DNA of 64,000 bases from Hydrolagus colliei (lineage: Eukaryota), in contig CM068759.1 of NCBI GenBank assembly GCA_035084275.1, forward strand, positions 3,596,001-3,660,000. Direction: 5' to 3'. Every line of letters begins with the position of its first letter. The stretch's first letter is position 1. Below are positions 11,864 to 25,998 of the stretch, piece by piece. The position numbers and the translations under genes are program-made. Below the pieces are notes generated by a model. That model did not search any database and had not been told where the DNA came from. It saw nothing but the letters and a program-made list of their open reading frames with translations.

Positions 11864-14800
11864 ACATGTTGATTTTGGGTGGACAAGCAACAGGAAACTT
11901 ACCAGGCAATGGTCCCAATGACAAGTTGTACTGGTTGAACTCAACCAGTATCCAAATGCACGCTAGGGTCCCCAATGCCTTTGCCGTTTTCCACCTGTAC
12001 CTAAGACTCTTGGATTAGGTAAGCTCAGTGGATCCCTCCATAGAAAGAGTATCATTCCATTCCAAACAAAAAGAAATTTGTATGTATGCATTGGTGGCAT
12101 ACATAAGTGTAACTCTCACTCTAGTTTAGATACTCTTAAGCATAGTGAAGGGTTCTGCATATGTTATGACCAAAAATAGGGTAATTATTTGCACTTATAG
12201 CCTGAAGGAGTTTGGTGGAAATAAATTGATAATACATTAGAAATATTACAAGCCTGTCTCTGCAAATGTCACTTGAATTCTGTTAACTATTGCAACAATG
12301 CATGAGCACATTGGAGAAACAAGAATATATTCACTTTTATGATAGCCAAACATAATTTCTGTGCCCAAATCATGCAACTTAGTTAGAGAAACTGACTTAC
12401 CAAATATGCTGTTTGCTAAATATTGATATTCCACAGAAGACCCGTGCACAGTATGGTTTCTGTGAATCGAAGAATCCCCTCAGGCTCCAGAGAACTGGAG
12501 TCTGACTTAATAACACCATTCCAAAGGTCTTGAGGGAACTTACATGGCAGCACCCTGAAACACAAAGCAGAGAATGTCTAATTTCATAGGGGTGCAGCAG
12601 GCAGCTCAGCTGGTGAGCCAATCTACTAATTGTGCTCACCTGAAACTTGTCACTTAATGCAAGGTGAACATGTCAGGGTACAGCTGTACATTGCCAATGT
12701 GATTGTTAGGAGACTGATTAACTTATAGGTGCAGACCTTTTTACCAGCGAGCTCTGGAATGGTGCTGGAGTTTTTGAAAGGTTTGTATCTGTCTCTTGAG
12801 GTTGACGTGCCTCCTGGTCTGTTGCTGCAGGCATTTCTGTTTGCCTGGTGTACCCCAGAGAAAGCCTTGCGTAAGATGCGATAACAGGTTTTCCCACTGT
12901 TTCTGAGATGATTATTGGACTCTGAAATGGGTGAAGACAAAGTTTTCTTAATAATCTTGGCCTAAGCATATCATGGAAAGGCAGAAGGTGTGCTGTTCAT
13001 ACACCTTGTTTGGTTTCAATCTCATCTGAGGAGTATGGACATGGCACTTTATTCAAGCAAACTAATGACTTTATACTGCATTTCTAAGCTGATTAAGGTA
13101 AATAATAGCAGGATTTTTTAATTATTGATGATTCAGAACTATTGTTTTTTTTTTAAATTGCTACTTAGTCTGCAGCAAATTACTTAATGGTCTTCTGGTG
13201 GAGAGAAAACAACTAAAGGTATTTTAAATGCAAACTGAGGGGAAAGTAATTGATTTGCCCTTTTGAGGGCTTCAATGGCGTACCTTTTGAACTTTGTGTA
13301 ATGCATTCTGCATTTTGCTATGTCACCTCGTAATGTTAGTAATCCATTTCCTACAACCCTGTGATATCTGTGCAATTTTGTATTTTTTCTTCACCCGCTT
13401 CGATATAATTGACCTTGTGTTCACTGATCCTTCTGTAGTCTGTGTAGATTTCCTCCCCCAAAGATATTTGGATTTAATGAATTATTCAACTAAAATTATT
13501 CCACTTCAGTTAAAACCATGCTTATTTCTTCAGGGTTTATTTTCTTGCTTCTACTGTCACAACCATGTAATGCAACATGTAGGAGAATTCATCTATACTT
13601 GCATATTTACTGTGTTTCATCACTCAGTTTATAGATTTGAATAATTAATTGGATCTGGATGGTTCCTACCTGCAGCTAAATGGTCTTTAAAAGAACCTTA
13701 AATACCATTTAAGACAGGTTCTACACGAAACTACAAATACACTCTTCACAAAATGTCTCCTATCGAATTCAGCCATATTTTCCATTTTTAGAAAAAACTA
13801 TTGAATTTTAGAAGTGCATTTTTAAAATAGTTGACGTCTCAAAGCGCGTTGTTGGTATTTACTGCAACGTGGAGTATTTTATAATAGTGTGGGTTAGACG
13901 AGCAGACATTTTTGGTCTTTCTTTGTCCTCTATTCTGTGTGTTGGTGGTCACTAAGTACAAACTGAAGCTTTCTGACACACTCTCTGCAGACTGCTGCCT
14001 CAGGAGTTTTTCCAATTCCCCCCGCCACCCCCATTCTGAGCTTTGTTTGACAGGAATTTGATGACTTGGGAACATTTTGACAGAAGATCGTGCTTTCATC
14101 CATTCTGATATCAATGGAACACCCCCGGCTTCAAATTGATATACCCACAGAGATTACAGCTCAGTGTGTCAGACCGTTCAACTGTCTGATGGTAAAGCAG
14201 GACAATAAGGCTTGAATATTAACATTCTGATTCATGCGTGAAAGATGCCCTTTTCACCTTCCTGTCCTAACACTTCAGAACAATTATTTCTGAATATCAG
14301 AACAAGAGGCATGACATTTGGGGGAGGTGGGAGGAGAGAGGAGGCAGTTTTTGATTTTTTTTTGTCTGATGGAATTAACTCATTCACATCGAGTCCTTCA
14401 GATTCACAAGTTTGGAAATTTTCATCAAACTGATCGTCTTAACAGTCACGGGCAATAGGCTTGCATGATCTCTGCTTCATTGACCTTTACCAAGTCGTAT
14501 ATGAATGTATAAAGCTGTGAAAAAGTGGCAGCAGATCCTATCTCTGAACCCAGTCTTTTTGGAAAAATACATAACACTATGTTTGAGCTGTGCAGGTGTC
14601 ATTTAAGAGTTTAGATGAACTGCAAGTTCCATTGTAATGGAGATGAGGCACAATCCTCCCTCTGTAGGTCATGTGGTTCAACAAAAATCCGTTGCTGCTT
14701 GAAACGAGTTGTTGTTGGTTGTTTTAGAATATCTTCACCTTTAACAAAGGTTTGCACGAGTCAGTCTAAGGTCAATTATTACTGTCAGGCATTCTTAGCA

Positions 14801-15317
14801 GACAGATATATCCACAGTTGCTATCTTGCATCAGGTTATTTGTGTAGTTCAAGCACAGCTTTGAATAAAATTTAAAATGAATGGTGAAGGTTGCAATTGG
14901 ATACTTCTGAACACCGGGTCCTGCGTTGCAGCATTTTGTACTGTGTAGCCAGTGATAATTGCCAGAATTACCTTATCACAAAGAACATGCTATGAAACAC
15001 CATTAAAAAAAAAAAGCCCCCTTTTGTTTAGAGAAACGGTTAAGTTGCACTGTAGTATTAGGACTTTTGAGGAAATAATATTGGTTCCCATGTATCTTTT
15101 CAATGATTGCTTTTGCTATCCTTGCCCAATTTTTGTTTTGATATGACATATAAATGGTGCGACATTAATTTAATGATGGCTGTTTGGTCTACCATGCATT
15201 TTTATGGATCTAGGTTATGCAGAAAATTTTAATTTGATTGCTTTATATATTTTTTCTCCCCTGAAGGTAGTTAACTCAAAACAATTTTTTTTTTTCCTTT
15301 GCTGAATGGACTGCTAC

Positions 15318-15376
15318 GACAACAAAATTACATTTCTAGAGCGTCTTTCACGTGTGAAGGATGCCCCAACCCAAGG
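15318..15376 (-). mobile_element. L2 3'-tail fragment
   Basis: caacaaaattacattt...ctttcacgtg...ggatgcccca. Confidence 0.6.
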
Positions 15377-17789
15377 GCTAGAGTTGTAAGGGTGTTGTCT
15401 AGTCTATGATATTAAAGCCTACTTTTCATTTGTGAATCTAAGCAGTGAGCGTCAGTAAGATATTCAACCAGTGATCAGACATGATTCTGTCTTTAACCGG
15501 TGCCCATTCATCCACATCTTTCAGGTAGCGACAATACAATCTGGAGTGAGAACTCCAATATGTTTTTTTTCCCCCCAGTCGCAACATTAGGGAACTAGAG
15601 CCAATGGTTGTGTTCAGGCTGGATTCAATTTGTTGAACACAAACTGATGATCAATCTGTGAGGCTCGGTTACCTGCTTTGCAGCAGGTATGCTGACCATT
15701 GGGAAAGGCCAGGTTTCATTTTAAAAGGAATGATGAAACGCATCAACAAATCGATTGCAAAATGAATAAGATGAAAATGAACACACAGGATTAAAATTTC
15801 CTTTATGTAACACGCCCTTTATTTCAGACAGTATTCCCTTGTTTATCTGTTTATCTGATGTATTGTTTCAACGTTGTGCAATTATGCTTATGAGCTGTAT
15901 CTTATATGCACGATTCTAATAAAGCATAGTAAACTTTGAATTGATGACTGGTGAATAAATTTGCAATTCACAAATCAGTCAAACTGGGTTGTTTTGACTG
16001 AATGGAGTTGGGAAAAATACATTTATTTGTTTAAATACTTTATAAGACAGGTTGAAGCATGCAAGTGTACAGTGGCAGTGTTTTATCATGTCTTTGTAGA
16101 TGTAATAGAACTGGTGACAGCTGTACTCAAATACAAGTTGCGGAGTTGTGAGGTGGATCTGGATTACTGCTGCTGGTTTTCTATTTATAACTTGCCCTTT
16201 CTGTTAGTCTTATAAGAACACAAGAATTGGTAAATGAAAGGAGACCAGGGACCAACTATTTCACCTTCCACCATCCTGGGCGTCGTTAGCAAACTAAACT
16301 GTGTCCCAAGATATTGTTTCCTATAAAATCTTCCTAAACCTTGGTTACAATCAGCTTGAATCTTACTCTTACTCGATGAGCCAGTTCCTAGAAGTTTGTA
16401 ATGATGAGATTCATGGTGTGTATATACATTCATGTACATTGGCATCATGGAATATCAATACTTTATCCTTATCCAAGCACTGTTTTCTCATCTCCTCTTG
16501 ATCCTTTGATATTATACACGATAAAATTAGACCTGCTGGGTTATTGCTTCATGAAACTCAGATAAACTTAACTTATTTGATTAATTTGCTGCAGTTGACT
16601 TTCTGCCTGTCTTAATGAAACCACTGAAGGCGGATCCTCAAAGGAGCTGTTTTTGAGACGGTTCTGAATAATTAGTTTAACTGTTTCTCACCTCAAATGG
16701 TCTCAAACATAATTGACCTGATTCCAAAACTTTAGGTGCTTTTTTTTAAAAAAAAGTGTTTGACATTTGTTGAATGCCCTTTAACATTTGATTTTATGCA
16801 AGGGGCAAAATATACTGTTTTTCCACCTGATGACTGACATGAAATCATTCTGATTGCAATTGAGGTGGGGAATAATTAGCTGATTCACAATTAGTTTAAT
16901 TATAGATCATTAACATTTTGTTGGTTAAATTTGCATTTTGAGCAAAAAAAAGAGTTGCAATCAAGTCGATATTTGAATAAATCCTATTAATAGTCAGTTT
17001 CTGTTCTCTGTGGTTAAGGACATGTCATTTTTCTTGTTCGCTCCAAAGAACTGAAAAATTAATTGGTTCATAGAGGTGCAATAAGAATGTTCCTATGGAA
17101 AGGGATGACATTAGTTAATATTATCAGCTAGTTTGGAAGTTAAATTTATGCTGATTTACCGAGTGATTTAATCAAGAAGATATTAATATTCAACAATATT
17201 GAATTGAGAAAGGAACTGCATATATCCTTTTTATATACATTGATAGGAACCATGTACACTAGCCACAATTTTAATGGGAGGATTTTGTAAGTTTGTGTCT
17301 TTGTATGCTTTGTACTGAACATTGAATTTATGCCAAGTTTGATATCGACTTTCACATCTCCATCATTTAGCTTAACTCATTTACTAACACAATCAATAGC
17401 GTAACAATGACAAGACATAATACAATAAATTGCAGAAAGGCATTGTGTTCCATACAGAAGTTTCCTATATTGGGAATAAATTAATCTTTTTGAAAAATAA
17501 ATTGAAAAATGAAGTGTTTGTGTGGTGATTGATTATCAAATTTAAATGCTTTAACCGTACAATTGTGATCCGTTTGTCAATTTCAGTGCCGTTTCAGACT
17601 CTCTAAATCACATTTAAATCCATCTTTGTGTGTGTGTGGTGGTGGTCAAATTTAACAGTGGGCCAGTCTGTGAGCTAATAGGTTCCTAAGATATAGCATA
17701 AATAAGTTTTTAGTATGAAAATATCCAAATTAAATTCAATCAAAAAATCATGACCAGGGTTATTTTTGAACAATTCTGCTTGTGTTACA

Positions 17790-18040
17790 GTGACTTTCAC
17801 AACAACAACAGCCAATTGCGCACAGCAATGTCCCTCAAAAAGTCCTGGATGGTACGTAGATGAGAAGGGAATCAAGGAGAACGTCATACTGACGTGAAAG
17901 ACACAATATAAATGTGTAATTCGTGATTGTCAGATAAGGAAAGGGAATTGGGAAAGATGGAAGCTCTTATAGGGTATAAATTCCAGCATGAACTTGTTGG
18001 GCTAAATAGCTTCTTTCTGTGCAGTAATGTTCAATATAAT
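17790..18040. mobile_element. Cluster of decayed fragments: Deu core (-), L2 tail (+), CR1 3' UTR (+)
   Basis: gccaattgcgcacagcaa; gacgtgaaagacacaatataaatg; ttgggctaaatagcttctttctgtgcagt. Confidence 0.5.
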
Positions 18041-20451
18041 TTTGCAGCTAACTTTTCCTGATAATGTTTAAAAAGCTTGAGGATAGGTTCTTGCATCCAT
18101 AGTCTATGCTTGTGTTTGTTTCTTTCTTTTTTAAAAAAAACAGTTGTTTGCTGAGCGCAAACAATCAAGAACCATAAAGAAACCTCTCCAGGTAACAGCT
18201 GAATTTCATTTGGTTCCTTCAGGTAGCTACCAAACACAAAGCATTGAAGAGGAAAATGACTAATGTTTGTCAATGCTAAAAAATATTATGTGGCCTTTAA
18301 CCCATTTGTCATCCATTACGATCAGTCATTTAATTATGTCTGTTTTTAAATGTTCCAATTTATTTTAATGCAATTGCACACACTCTGGATAAAGTTAACC
18401 TTTTTCATTGGCAAAAATGGGCTCCACTGTGCTTAATTATTGCATTTAATTATAATGAGATTATCAATTACTACTTGCACTGAAACCATAAGAGTTAGCT
18501 TGTGAATGAGTGAGTGCAGAGATTTGTGCTTAACTGCTTGTTATTAAATAACTTCATTTTTGATAGGAAATTATGAATACAATATGAATTGCCCTAGAAT
18601 AAAAAGGGTTAAGCTTTCTCTGAAACTGAATGAAAATTTGTATCACTTGAGATCGGAAAAGCAACTTTTTATAACTACGTAAATCTGCCACTCCTTTTGC
18701 ACTAAAACATTTATATCTGTTCAGAACCATTTTCCCCTAAATGTGTTTTATCACAAATAATTGTACCTTTGAAAGGATCAATGAGCTCCAGACTCCATCC
18801 TTGTACCAATTCCTTCACAGGCACTTTGTGTTAATCTTTAGGTCTGGAAAAACTATTAGCAGATGACATTATTAAAGTTTTATGTCCCTCTTTGGAGAAA
18901 GCCTTTCACCTTTTCCACTTAATTTTCTCTTGCATTAAATTCTTGCAACCTCTCATAGTATCACAACCCTAATTCAGGCCTAATTGATAACTGATATACA
19001 GCCACCGCTGTATGCATTTCTCTTTGAAACGTAGGATAACCTTAACAATGTCTCACTTTTGATGATGTCTTTGAAATAGATGGTCAAAATTCAGCGGTAT
19101 AACCCCAGTAAAGTAATCCAATTACAGTACAAACATATTTTTGGAGTTTCGAATTAAGATACAAATTGCTCGATTTTCTCCTTGCTAATTAGTAGCACTT
19201 TTCCACGGGATAATTGAATGTAACACTTTAGTAACATCTCCCTAGTGCACAGTTGGACGGGAAAATTAATGCTAAAATTGCATTGCAATAAATCGTGCAC
19301 TTTCCCAACTTATCCAGCTGATAAATTATGATCACAAAGGGCAGAGCCTTACAGACATGTCTTTTCCTTTATTTTGTTTCTCCTCCTTACTTCGATGTGA
19401 AGAGGAGTCCCTCTTGTTACTCAATGTAATTAGTTTTTTTAAAAAAAAAGAGAATTGGTGTGTGGGAAGATGAGGACCAGAAGTAATAATCCTTGAATTT
19501 GATTCAATAATCCTTGAATTGATGCCTTATCACATCATTAATCAAAGCCCTTCACTGGATAGACTGCAAAGTAGTGCAACTATTTAGTTGTGGGTGTTTT
19601 GTCGGCGAACAGTTTTTTTTAATTCAAAGAAAATCAGATATCGCTCATCACAAAGTACCGGCAATCTACTTTTTGCTGATGGCTACGCTGACACCTATGA
19701 ACTGTACTCTTACCTTGCCAACACTGACTGCTGCTGAAAGGGAAAGGTATTGAAACCAAATTGGATTTTGCGTTGACAGAGGGATGCAAATCATGTTTGT
19801 GTCATTGCAACTTGGGGGAAACATTGGCCTCTGAAGTGTTTAAATCTGCTTCTGAAGGTATTGCAACAGGAATCTATTGTAATTACAGACTTTCACATCA
19901 CAAGAGAGCATCTTAATGTGATAAAGTGGCTCCAGTGTAAAGGGTTGGTGATATGAACAGTTGGTGAAGTCTTAAAATCCATTTGTCTGCTCTTGCCTAT
20001 TTTGTCGATCTCACTAAGAATTATTTTGTTAGTTTCTTTTGGCATGAACTGCTTGAAATTGAAACTTATTTCTTTAACACAACATGTTACATTAACATGT
20101 TGCTTACACATTGCCTGAAGTGTCTGAAGAATTCTGAATATCTTGTGTGTCATAAACCTAAACATTCTGCATTGTCTGAACTATTAGACTGAAACTTTGT
20201 GACCCAATCAGTGATTTGACTGTTTGTGTTGCTGCCTGATTAAAAAAAATGCACAACTTCACATTCTCTAAGATCTGGTATTTGTGATGGTTTGGGAAAA
20301 AAAAACATTTGTTCACTTCCTAACAGTGTAAATCCAAATGTGAATCACTGGCCTGCCATGTCTGAGAACATAGGAGAATAGGTGGAGGCCATTCAGCCCA
20401 TTTAGCCCGTTCCACCAGTGTAAAATGAAAGCAGTCATAAAGCATTTGCAG

Positions 20452-20870
20452 CTCCCCCCCCCCCCCACCACCAGCCGTCTCTCTCCCCCTCACCCACCCC
20501 CTAGCCATCTCTCCTCCCCCCCAATCCCCAGCCGTCTCTCTCCCCCTCCAGCCGTCTCTCCCCCTCCCCCCCCCCATCCGTCTCTCTCCCCCTCACCCCC
20601 CCAGCCGTCTCTCCCCCACCGCCCCCAACCCCCAGCCGTCTCTCTCCCCCTCCAGCCGTCTCTCTGCCCCTCCCCCTGCCCCCCCAGCCGTCTCTCTCCC
20701 CCTTCCCCGCCCCCCACAGCCGTCTCTCTCCCTCTCAACCCCCCACCCCCCAGCCGTCTCTCTCCCCCCCACCCCACCCCTAGCCGTCTCTCTCCCACTC
20801 ACCCCCCCAGCCGTCTCTCTCCCCCTCTCCCGCCCCCCCCCCCCCACCCGTCTCTCTCACCCCCCATCCC
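20452..20870. repeat. C-rich minisatellite, core CCCCCAGCCGTCTCTCTCCCCC
   Basis: More than a dozen irregular copies of (a)gccgtctctctc separated by C runs. Confidence 0.9.
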
Positions 20871-21097
20871 TTGCATACCTGTATATTGTATTCGAGGACT
20901 GTGAATACAATATGGCGGCTTTGCACCTCGGTCTGTGCATTGTGTGTAGAGATCAGCATTCTGGGTCTTGTAGTTCAGTGTGCGGCATTCCGATTTTTTA
21001 CCTCGATATATCGATATTTTTAAAATGCCTATATCGGCGTATCGATATGAAAATGATATCGGGTTTTAGCGATATATCGATTTATCACCGGACCCTA
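20870..21097. mobile_element. One end of a non-autonomous hAT-like DNA transposon
   Basis: Clustered CGATA/TATCG subterminal motifs ending in ...gacCCTA (TAGGG terminus on the minus strand); CpG-rich against a CpG-poor background. No second end found. Confidence 0.55.
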
Positions 21098-24000
21098 TTT
21101 GCCACTAACAGTTGTGAAGGTCACTGCAGATATTTGAGTGCAGTTTTCTGAAGTATGGTGGCTTTCCATGAGCAAATTGAACCATTTTCACTCTTCAAAA
21201 GTCAGAATTAACACAACATATCTGGTTTATGAATGCCACCTATTAGTCCCCATTGTTTTGCTCAGCGAAGCCAGTCCTATCATACAAATTGTACACCTGT
21301 TTTAAATTTTAAAAATATTCCAAGTTCGGCTAACAGTCAAATCTTTAAGATGACCATTTTTCTTTCTATTGATTCAATTTCTAATTTACAAGATACTTAA
21401 GATACAGTACTTACTTGATACTTGAGGCATTCCCTTTTCTGTTTGTATGCATTTTTACATAGCAAGTCATTGTTTTTTTTACATGTATTGTTTTTTTTAC
21501 ATCTCTCTAGGAAACTGAAAGAGGAAAATATCTTTTTTAAATGAATCATGGCTTTCCAATACCACAATGAACAATGTCACTGTGTGTTTTGCTTGAAACA
21601 TCTGTGCAGATACCTGAAATTTTAAGTAGCTTCATGCATTTTCCTTCAGACTGTTGATTTTTTTTATCATCCTTTTGTGCTGCAAATGCTTTATGACTGC
21701 TTTCATTTTATTTTGTTCCTGGGCTCCCCTGTCTAACCTACCGAGCAGTGTACAAAATGGAATTCATAAAAAAAAGTAATAAAACAAATAAATAACTGTA
21801 CAAAAAAGATTCAGCTCCAGCTATTTTCCATTTATATTTCCTCAATGAATTGCAACATGCGGGCTAGGTTAGTATCATGGATATGGGGAAGGTTGCACCC
21901 CTCTATCCAATACTTCCTGCTTGTATTATCACAAGCTCTTGTCGAACTGTTTCAATAACGCGCAAAGCTTAGCAAATAACTGATGCATTCAACAGTTCAT
22001 TAACTACAAATTTTCATTTCATATCACCTTTTTTGATTTGCGCACTCTCTCTGTGAGACTTATTCTGAATATCTCCTTTAGAATAAATCCCTTTCCAGCT
22101 GGCCGTTTCACCATGACTCTTTAATGAATAATTTACTCAGCCGTGCAGCATATTTATTACGGAAGATCGCTTGTGCTTTCACCTCAATTTACTTTTTTTT
22201 GTTAAAAATTGCTGTGCGCTTCTCAATCCTGATACTTTTATATTATGTGCACATATGGTATTCCTGCTACTCCTCACACAGCAGCAAAGCAGAACTAATT
22301 GGGTTATTTGTACTAACTACCGCAGCAGACGTGAGTAATCTGCTCCCTGTGAAATATCACAGGGATGAACATTCCCTACTTTGGATGGCGAGGATGAGGA
22401 GTTATTTAACTTTGTTTGTTTGTGTTCGATGCTGGGCCTTCATTAAGGAACCTTCTGCTTCAGTGTGTGTTTAAAAAACAAAACTCAACATGCATCAATT
22501 GAGATTATATTTTTATTCCTTCAGGGGAGTATTGCATTTTCATAGTTGAAGCATGTAAGGGAGGGACACAGACACAATTGCTTGATTTGAGTGGCTTAAA
22601 AAGGTTTTGCAATGTTTGAAACAAAGGCTTGCAAATAACATTAGGTGAGCCAAAACATTATTTAACCTTGGTGGTCTGTCGAGTAACAACTATTGCAATG
22701 TGTATAGTGACTTTTTTCCAGAATACCAAATAATTACAATCAAATTTAGTTTTGAGTGTTTCAAGAAATAAACTTGACAATTTAACCAGCAAAGTGATTG
22801 TGCCTCTTAACATGGAGACTATTTGTTTCAGTAAAGGGAACCATTTGCATGTATTACCATCCTTAAAGATTAAGTTCTTGTCTTGGATTTAATATTATGA
22901 TTTGTGATATGTGAACAGGACTTAACATACCAATGAATATTATAATTAGAATCCATTCATCTACAGGAGTTATGGTGATGCATATGAATGTTGTATGATA
23001 TCCTTCCTCACTGATGCACAGTATTGAATGTGAAGTACGATACAAGGCAATTAACCTATTATACAAGCTCTTATTTGGAATTTGTCAGCACGACTTCAAT
23101 GACATGGAGAATCAGTAAAATGTTAATTGGAAAAACATTGTAAAAACACAATCACGGCTAAATGTTGCAATAGGAGCTTTTAGATGAAAGTAAGGATGAG
23201 TAAGAAAAAATAACCAACAGTATGTCTGTCTAACTTGGTTCATAATTTGACAGGTAAAATGCATTTGGGGTTGTGTGAGGTTGTAATTATGATTCCAGTC
23301 ATTAAAACATGAATGTGTTGAATTTTTTTGCTTATTTTTTTAAAAAAAACTTGTTCTTCCTAATAGGATGATTTTCCACTGAGAAGGTGTAAACTGTATT
23401 ACCAATGATTTGCTGAATTAGCGGGGAGGGCTTGGAGTTGGAATATATGTATCCAGATGAAGGAAACCTGCATATATATATTCTGCAAATGTGCTAAATC
23501 CAAGGGGAAAAAATGAAGATGTTTGCATTCATTATTTTTTTTTACTGAAGAGCCTTTCATTTCCATCCATGTTGATTCTGGTTTGCTGTCAAGCACCCCT
23601 GAAATAAGATTCCAAAACTAAGACAAAAAATGTTTTATTCTGCTTTTTAACGCGGTGTCAGACAGTCAGAGCCAATTCATTCACTTTTTTTAAAAAAAAA
23701 TTATTGGGTGAATTTAATGTGTTTGTTCGTCCATCTCTTGAGATGGACAATGTCAGTGCTTGTGAATACATTCAAACAAATATGTCATTATAGGCCTTGG
23801 GTACTTGGATCAGGAATGCAGGGCAGGGAAAAGCATTTATTCCACCCTCAATAATGTATATTTTCTCAGTCTCAAAAGTACATTTCCTTCTGTGGTCATC
23901 CAACAATTTCATTTCCCATGAAGACCATTGTTTCTTTTGTATGAGAAAGATTGCCACATTAGCTGTGAATTATTGTAGGTTTGTGCTATGAAGTCACAAC

Positions 24001-24599
24001 CGTGAAGAGCTGCGTTGAGACAATCAAAATCCTTTTATTTAGGAACATTGCAGCCTTCATTGACAGTGAATCTCATCAGTTCTGGGTGAGAACCTTAGGT
24101 CCCCGAGGTGTAAAAACTTTGTACTATTAAATTCCTAGCGACATCAAATCTGAGACAGACATAATGTAACTTTAGGGACAGAGCAACCAATTGCTTTGGA
24201 ATTCAATAATCCAACATTTTTAATAATTAATTAAATGCTGAAGCAATTCTCATAAAAATAACAAGTGTAATACTGTGTCCACTGTGCTCAAATCATATGT
24301 TTCTTGACGGAGCCCAAGCAATGCAACATAAATGGATTTTATGCAGCCCAAGATCTGATTCTATTGATTGACACAGTCTATTATTATTTATAGTTCTATC
24401 CAATAAATGTTCCAAGTGATTGCAGTTGACTAATCTGTGCTGCTTCATTTAAACCTTATCCACCCGTTGACCTAAACAAGATTGAGAGGCATCAATTTGT
24501 GGGCAGAGTCCTCCTGTCTCAGCTAATGTTTTAAGACTTTTAATATAGACCAGATCCGGTTAAGTTGCATTGGACATTTTGTCTCTTTCTGCTGTTAAT

Positions 24600-24665
24600 T
24601 AACAATAACGAAATTATACTTACAGAACACCTTTCACATCGGGAGGATGTCCAAAGGCACTGAAA
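24600..24665 (-). mobile_element. L2 3'-tail fragment
   Basis: cctttcacatcgggaggatgtccaaaggcactgaa is nearly identical to 57806-57840. Confidence 0.75.
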
Positions 24666-24852
24666 TCACATGGGAATACATTTTTAAAAAGAAGCAAATT
24701 GTCAATTAAATACATTGATCAGGGTTAGAACCCGGGTAAAATGATCTTGTTTTGTAATCATTCTGCATTACTTCACCTGGTATGTAATTCATTCAGACAC
24801 AACTTCCAGTTGGTTTCATGCGTTTCTTCTAGTAAGACAAAGATTTAGTGAC

Positions 24853-24933
24853 GAATCATCCATCTCTAGTTAAGTATTGAATCATCCATCTCTAGTCAAG
24901 TATTGAATCATCCATCTCTAGTTAAGTATTGAA
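24853..24933 (+). repeat. 26-bp tandem repeat x3 (GAATCATCCATCTCTAGTTAAGTATT)
   Basis: Three copies with one substitution. Confidence 0.95.
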
Positions 24934-25201
24934 GTGCTGAGATTTATAGAAGTCCTGAAGTGTATTAATATAAAAGATGCCTAGAGTCTGATAGCCAGTA
25001 GTGATTTAGTCAGCAAACGGATGAGAGAGGCAGTCTGCTTGATGAACTATCCCTGACCAATTTGCCAAGTGTGATGAAGCTTCTCGTCTTTGCCTTGTAC
25101 CTCTGGACATTCACCTGCAAGTTATCCAATCCTCTTTTGGTGTTCTGTGGCGCTTGGGGAAAACTCAAGTCTCAATGCCCTGCACCTATTTCCAAACTTT
25201 C

Positions 25202-25998
25202 TGTAGCATTGGCTCAAAAGTTGTGAAGTCAGATTAACAAAGTGGAACAGAAAACAAGTTGGTTTTTAAAAATTTACTATTAGGAAATGATCAATCAGTC
25301 CTCCTCCCTTTCTGCGATAGGTAGCCTGGGTTACCCTCATCCCAGTTTGTAACTGAATATGCCGCAGTTACTTTCAACATATTTTTGCCATGAATATCAC
25401 TGATCTGACCATGATTGACACTTTTGAAGAGACGGTTCCATTAATGGTCCCTCCACACTGATGTGGAACATTCAATTAGTGTAGAGTGCTCTATTAAGTG
25501 TTTTAATTGAAAGGTGCTCACACTTCAATGACCCAATGATCGGCAAATCCATTCATACAACGCATTTTTACGGCCCATTAATTTGTGTGTTGAAATACTG
25601 TACCTCAAAGTACAATGCCTCTATTTTGAGGCACATGTTTCTGCTGTGTAGGGCTGTTATGGTCTTTCCAACCAAAAAACATTCTATTTCATTGCCGAGG
25701 TCAAAGGGTTGAATGACATATTGTGCTCTTGGAAGGTTTTTAAATCTAGTTACAAGCAAATATTCATTTAATTAAATCTTGATCTCTAACACTGATCCCT
25801 TTATATTAGGTTCTTTGCAAAAATGAAGACAACTTGATGATATGCATGTCCTTTTTCAACTGAATTGCAACTACTAACACAAAACTGAGGATTCTGTGCA
25901 GTCTGTATGTAGCATTGGCTCAAAAGTTGTGAAGTCAGATTAACAAAAGTGGAACAGAAAACAAGTTAGTTTTTAATAATTTACTGTTAGGAAATGAT
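25202..25998 (+). repeat. Dispersed ~90-bp direct repeat (25202-25291 and 25908-25998)
   Basis: Four differences between the copies (one indel, three substitutions). Confidence 0.92.

Noticed and set aside
19486-19536. Short tandem duplications (also near 21470, 29630, 46186)
   Set aside because: Ordinary slippage-scale duplications with no further structure.
20320-20904. Pro-rich and Gly/Arg-rich ORFs of 84-159 aa
   Set aside because: They are translations of the C-rich minisatellite, open on both strands.
23729-23748. Perfect 9-bp inverted repeat GTCCATCTC-TT-GAGATGGAC
   Set aside because: Too short and isolated; plausible by chance in 64 kb.
24853-24933. CRISPR-like array
   Set aside because: Contiguous tandem repeat with no spacers, in vertebrate DNA.
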